DNA of 64,000 nt from an uncultured Thermodesulfobacteriota bacterium (GTDB lineage: Bacteria > Desulfobacterota > DSWW01), in contig CAYLMK010000005.1 in the NCBI GenBank assembly GCA_964384945.1, positions 99,549-163,548 on the forward strand, written 5' to 3'. The notes under the pieces were generated by a model. The model worked only from the letters and a program-made list of their open reading frames with translations. It searched no databases and was not told where the DNA came from. Positions 59,954 to 64,000 of the stretch are shown piece by piece. Each line of letters starts with the position of its first letter. Position 1 is the stretch's first letter. The position numbers and the translations under genes are program-made.

Positions 59954-60697
59954 ATGCGGTACGCGGTCCTCTCGGACATCCATTCGAACCTCGAGGCCCT
60001 GGAGGCGGTGCTCAGGGAGGTCGACCGCATCGGGGTGGACCGGATCGTATGCCTCGGGGACCTGGTCGGCTACAACGCGAGCCCGAACGAATGCGTCCGG
60101 ATCGTCCGAGAACGAGGGATTCTCTCCTTGATGGGAAACCATGATGCGGCAGCCTGCGGGCTGGAGGAACCGGTGTACTTCAACCCCATCGCCCGGGCCG
60201 CGGTCCTGTGGACAAGACAGGCCTTGGAACCGGACGAAAAGGGCGCGCTGGAAGCCCTGCCGGAGCAGGCCGACCTGAACGGAGGTCTCCGGCTGGCGCA
60301 CGGGTCCCTGGTCCACCGGGACCACTACCTGACGTCCTACGAAGACATTCTGGAGAACGTGCGGCGAATGCGGCAGGCCCGGCCCGAGATCCGAATCCTC
60401 TTCTTCGGGCACACCCACTTCCAGATCGCCTATGCGGACAACGGGGAATCCGTGTCCGTGATTCCGCATTCCGTCTCCCGGCTCTCCCTCCGGGAGGACA
60501 GCCTCTATCTCGTCAACCCGGGAAGCGTGGGGCAGCCGAGGGATCATGATTCCCGGTGCGCCTTCCTCCTCCTCGATGAGGAGGAAAGGACGGTCGAGTT
60601 CATACGCCTTTCGTATGACATCCGAACCTGCGCCGAAAGGATTCTTGCCGCCGGCCTGCCGAGGGAACTGGCGGATCGACTTCACGTGGGATGCTAG
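59954..60697 (+). CDS. Metallophosphoesterase (calcineurin-like; YfcE/ApaH-like phosphodiesterase)
   Basis: 'AVLSDIHSNLEAL', 'CLGDLVGYN', 'GNHD', 'GHTH' and 'NPGSVGQP' are the canonical MPP metal-binding motifs. Confidence 0.85.
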   Translation: MRYAVLSDIHSNLEALEAVLREVDRIGVDRIVCLGDLVGYNASPNECVRIVRERGILSLMGNHDAAACGLEEPVYFNPIARAAVLWTRQALEPDEKGALEALPEQADLNGGLRLAHGSLVHRDHYLTSYEDILENVRRMRQARPEIRILFFGHTHFQIAYADNGESVSVIPHSVSRLSLREDSLYLVNPGSVGQPRDHDSRCAFLLLDEEERTVEFIRLSYDIRTCAERILAAGLPRELADRLHVGC

Positions 60698-63600
60698 ACC
60701 CGTTCCGAGACCTGGTGTCGTGCCTGGACACCCCCCGTCCGGGCCCGTTGGAAATGCTGATTCGGGGGGCCTGCCCGCCGGCGAAGGCGCTGGTTGCCTC
60801 GTTCCTCGCCCAGAGGACGGGCCGGAGGATGGTTTGTGTCGCTTCGAACTGGGAGGAGGCCGAACGGTTCGCAGAGGAACTCGGGTTCTTCTCCTCTCTG
60901 TTTCGTTACGGAGGAGCCGAAAACCCGAACCGCTGCCGCGTTTTGCTCTTTCCGCCCGGCCTCCCGAAGCCGGTGGGGGCCGCCCGTCCCTCCGTGACCT
61001 CCATGCACGAGCGACTCCGTGTCCTGCTCGCCCTGCTCGACGGAGACCGGTCGACCCTGGTCGTCACCGCCGTCGAAGCCCTTCGAGAACGGGTTCCGCC
61101 GAAGCCGGTCCTGCGGGATCATGTCCTGCGGATCCGGCGAGGGCAGCCCCTCGACCGCGACGGCCTTGCGGAGTTTCTCCATCAGGTCGGCTACAGAAGG
61201 GTACCCGTGGTGGAGGCGCCCGGCGAGTATGCCGTTCGCGGCAGCCTGATCGATTTTTATCCCCTGACGGCCGATCATCCGTTCCGGGTTGACTTCTTCG
61301 GCGACCTGATCGAGGAAATCCGGACGTTCCGCATCGGGACCCAGAGAACATCCGGGAGCGTATCCTCGTCCGCCGTCCCGCCGGCCGGGCTGTTCGTCGA
61401 AAGGGCCGCCCGGATGGAAGAGATCCGCATGCGCGTGAAACAGAGAGCCGATGCCCTGAACCTTCCCACGCGAAAGCGCATGGAACTCCTGGAACGGATC
61501 GAGGCCGGCCTGCCGTCCTGCGACCTTCCCCTCCATCTCCCGTTTTTCTACGACGGGCTCCACAGCCTGTTCGACTACACCGACAAGGACGACGCCCTGG
61601 TCCTGCTCGACCCGGAAACATTCCGAAAGGTGGAAGAGACCCTCGAGCAGGAAAGCATCGAGTCGCTGGACAGGCTCACCGCCAAAGGCGTGATTCTCCC
61701 GGCTCCCGAGGATCTCTTCGACTCGCTTCCCGCACTGTGGAAGCGAGTCGACCCGGCAGTCCGCATCGCCTTCTCCGACCTGCCGGTCGAAATCCCCGGG
61801 CAGGAAGGCGGCGGGGGCGCGGGGCCGACCGGCGAGGCCGGGACGAATGTCTTTCGGCTCCGGTCCCAGAGACTTTCTTCTTACGTCGAGCCTTCCGCCG
61901 CGAACGCGCTCCCCCGGGGGCTGAGCGCCTACGAGCGGCTGATCCGCAAGTGGGTTGAACAGGGACAGAGGGTCTTCCTGGTCTGCCGCAGCGAACCGGA
62001 GAAGGCGCGCATGTCCCGCCTGCTCGTCGAGTACCGGATGGACTTCGTGCAGCCGGACGCCCGGCTCCCTTTCCCGTCGGACAGCCCGGGCATGTACCTC
62101 CTGGCAGGCGGGCTCTCCCAGGGATTCGCCCTGCCTGACAGCGGCCTCGTCTTCCTCCACGAGGATGACATCTTCGGGCGCAAGGTCCGAAAACACAGGC
62201 TCCGGGCGATCGATCCTCCGGACAGCCTCGAGCCTCACGAACTCAGGCCGGACGAATACGTCGTTCACATCGATTTCGGGATCGGCATGTATCGAGGCCT
62301 GGAGACGCTCGACATACGAGGTCACGTCAACGACTATCTTCACCTGGAGTATGCGAACGGGGACAAGCTCTTCCTGCCCGTGGATCGAGCCAGCCGCATC
62401 CAGAAGTACGTGAGCACGGAAGACCTGCCTCCGACCCTGGACAAGCTCGGGGGGACGACCTGGGCGCGGACCAAACAGAACGTAAAGGAGTCCGTACTGG
62501 CCATGGCGGAGGAACTCGTCTCTCTGTATGCGAAGCGGCTCGTGCAGAAGGGGATCGTCTTCTCCAAGCCGGACCCTTCCTACCACGAGTTCGAGGCCTC
62601 TTTCCCGTACGAGGAGACCCAGGACCAGGTGCGGGCCATCGAAGCGGTCCTCCGGGACATGGAAGACGAGAGGCCCATGGACCGACTCATCTGCGGCGAC
62701 GTCGGGTTCGGCAAGACCGAGGTCGCGATCCGGGCGGCCTACAAGGCCGTCATGGACGGAAAGCAGGTGGCGGTTCTGGTTCCCACGACGGTTCTGGCGC
62801 AGCAGCATTATACGAATTTTCTGAAACGCTTTGAGAACTACCCGGTGGAGATCGAGATGCTCAGCCGGTTCCGGTCGCCCAAGCAGCAGAAGGCCATCCT
62901 GGCCGGGATGGCGGACGGAAAGGTGGACATCGTGGTGGCGACCCACCGGCTCCTGCAGAAGGATGTGGCCTTCAAGGACCTGGGGTTGCTGATCCTCGAC
63001 GAGGAACACCGGTTCGGCGTCCGGCAGAAGGAGGCCTTGAAGAAGATGCGGACCGCGGTGGACGTGCTGGCCCTTTCGGCCACACCCATTCCCCGCACGC
63101 TGCAGATGTCCCTGCTCGGGCTCAGGGATTTGAGCTCGATCAAGACCCCCCCGCAGGACCGGCACGCCATCGAGACCTTCATCGTCCCGTTCGAACCCGA
63201 CATCGTGCGCGGCGCCGTGCTCCGGGAAATCGAGAGGGGAGGACAGGTCTTCATCGTGCACAACCAGGTTTACGACATCGAGGACTTCGCGGCCGGAATA
63301 CGGCGGATCGTTCCGGAGGCGCGGATCGCCGTGGCCCATGGCCAGATGCCCGAAAGGGGCCTTGAACGAGTCATGCTGGATTTCGTCCGGGGCCGCCACG
63401 ACATCCTCGTCTGCACGACGATCATCGAGAGCGGGCTGGACATTCCGAACGCAAACACGCTCCTCGTGCATCGGGCGGAGCGTCTGGGGCTCGCCCAGCT
63501 CTACCAGCTTCGCGGCCGTGTGGGACGCTCCGAACGACAGGCTTACACCTACCTGATCGTGCCGGACCAGGACTGCCTCGCCGGCGAGGCCCGAAAGAGA

Positions 63601-64000
63601 CTCGAGGCCCTGTACGAGTTCACCGAACTGGGCTCCGGTTTCCGCATCGCCCGCCACGACCTGGAGATCCGGGGTGCGGGAAACCTGCTCGGTGCGAGCC
63701 AGTCCGGGCACATCCGGGCCGTCGGGTACGATCTATACATGGAGATGCTCGAGAAGGCGATCCGGCAACTGAAGGGGGAGTCGTCGATCGAGGAGGTGGA
63801 CCCGGAGATCCACCTCGAACTGCCTGCGCACCTGCCCGATCACTACATCGAGGACTCCACGCAGAGGCTTACCTTTTACAAGCGGCTGGCCAAGGCTCGG
63901 GAGGATGAGGAGGTCGATCGGGTACGTGCGGAGATGGAGGATCGGTACGGTTCACCCCCTCCTCAGGCGGAAACCCTGTTCAAAATGATCCGAATCAAGG
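60691..64000 (+). CDS. mfd: Transcription-repair coupling factor (partial, 3' end beyond window)
   Basis: Hand-translated: 'MLDPFRDLV...' then UvrB-homology and RNAP-interacting domains, helicase motif I 'GDVGFGKTEVA', motif II 'DEEHRFGV', 'LSATPIPRTL', and TRG motif 'RHDLEIRGAGNLLG'. It is absent from the ORF track because it has no in-window stop. The ATG overlaps the upstream gene's stop (GATGCTAG). Confidence 0.9.
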   Translation, partial: MLDPFRDLVSCLDTPRPGPLEMLIRGACPPAKALVASFLAQRTGRRMVCVASNWEEAERFAEELGFFSSLFRYGGAENPNRCRVLLFPPGLPKPVGAARPSVTSMHERLRVLLALLDGDRSTLVVTAVEALRERVPPKPVLRDHVLRIRRGQPLDRDGLAEFLHQVGYRRVPVVEAPGEYAVRGSLIDFYPLTADHPFRVDFFGDLIEEIRTFRIGTQRTSGSVSSSAVPPAGLFVERAARMEEIRMRVKQRADALNLPTRKRMELLERIEAGLPSCDLPLHLPFFYDGLHSLFDYTDKDDALVLLDPETFRKVEETLEQESIESLDRLTAKGVILPAPEDLFDSLPALWKRVDPAVRIAFSDLPVEIPGQEGGGGAGPTGEAGTNVFRLRSQRLSSYVEPSAANALPRGLSAYERLIRKWVEQGQRVFLVCRSEPEKARMSRLLVEYRMDFVQPDARLPFPSDSPGMYLLAGGLSQGFALPDSGLVFLHEDDIFGRKVRKHRLRAIDPPDSLEPHELRPDEYVVHIDFGIGMYRGLETLDIRGHVNDYLHLEYANGDKLFLPVDRASRIQKYVSTEDLPPTLDKLGGTTWARTKQNVKESVLAMAEELVSLYAKRLVQKGIVFSKPDPSYHEFEASFPYEETQDQVRAIEAVLRDMEDERPMDRLICGDVGFGKTEVAIRAAYKAVMDGKQVAVLVPTTVLAQQHYTNFLKRFENYPVEIEMLSRFRSPKQQKAILAGMADGKVDIVVATHRLLQKDVAFKDLGLLILDEEHRFGVRQKEALKKMRTAVDVLALSATPIPRTLQMSLLGLRDLSSIKTPPQDRHAIETFIVPFEPDIVRGAVLREIERGGQVFIVHNQVYDIEDFAAGIRRIVPEARIAVAHGQMPERGLERVMLDFVRGRHDILVCTTIIESGLDIPNANTLLVHRAERLGLAQLYQLRGRVGRSERQAYTYLIVPDQDCLAGEARKRLEALYEFTELGSGFRIARHDLEIRGAGNLLGASQSGHIRAVGYDLYMEMLEKAIRQLKGESSIEEVDPEIHLELPAHLPDHYIEDSTQRLTFYKRLAKAREDEEVDRVRAEMEDRYGSPPPQAETLFKMIRIK

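Noticed and set aside
60694-63711. 1005-aa minus-strand ORF
   Set aside because: It is antisense to the clearly recognisable mfd reading frame and has no motifs.

Overview
This is a high-GC (~65-68%) bacterial chromosomal segment with dense coding on both strands. The gene content (sigma-54 NtrC-type regulators, an MMPL/RND exporter, GTP-PEPCK, split PntAA/PntAB/PntB) is consistent with a Desulfobacterota/deltaproteobacterium-like anaerobe, but that is a low-confidence guess. About 55 features are supported.

Housekeeping genes: carB, ilvD, a standalone GMP-synthase ATP-pyrophosphatase subunit, pntAA-pntAB-pntB, pckG, plsC, cyclophilin, and an almost complete mfd that runs off the 3' window edge. 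mfd is missing from the ORF track because it has no stop codon inside the window.

Accessory-looking blocks:
- 121-4107, a tightly overlapping 4-gene operon: pyruvoyl-dependent (SpeH/AdoMetDC-family) decarboxylase, FemAB/CelD-like GNAT, ATP-grasp ligase and a fold-type-III PLP decarboxylase. I read this as an uncharacterised amide-ligase small-molecule pathway and rank it as the most likely novel system in the window.
- 7256-11307, an amino-sugar/glycan modification cluster: Gfo/Idh/MocA oxidoreductase, SAM methyltransferase, DegT aminotransferase and a GT4-like glycosyltransferase.
- 15065-20990 on the minus strand: a periplasmic-sensing histidine kinase and a sigma-54 NtrC-type regulator, then a near-consensus sigma-54 -24/-12 promoter driving two paralogous small secreted thrombospondin-type-3-like (DxDGDG) proteins and an outer-membrane beta-barrel with a Gly-rich insert.
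- 55474-58758: a cytoplasmic multi-PAS/GAF histidine kinase carrying an internal ~730-bp tandem duplication. It is bracketed by pckG and a truncated second copy of the pckG 3' end, which looks like a rearrangement scar.
- 37870-41044: a predicted pseudokinase, an atypical single-domain receiver and small membrane proteins.

Several long ORFs in the track are antisense artefacts of the high GC content.
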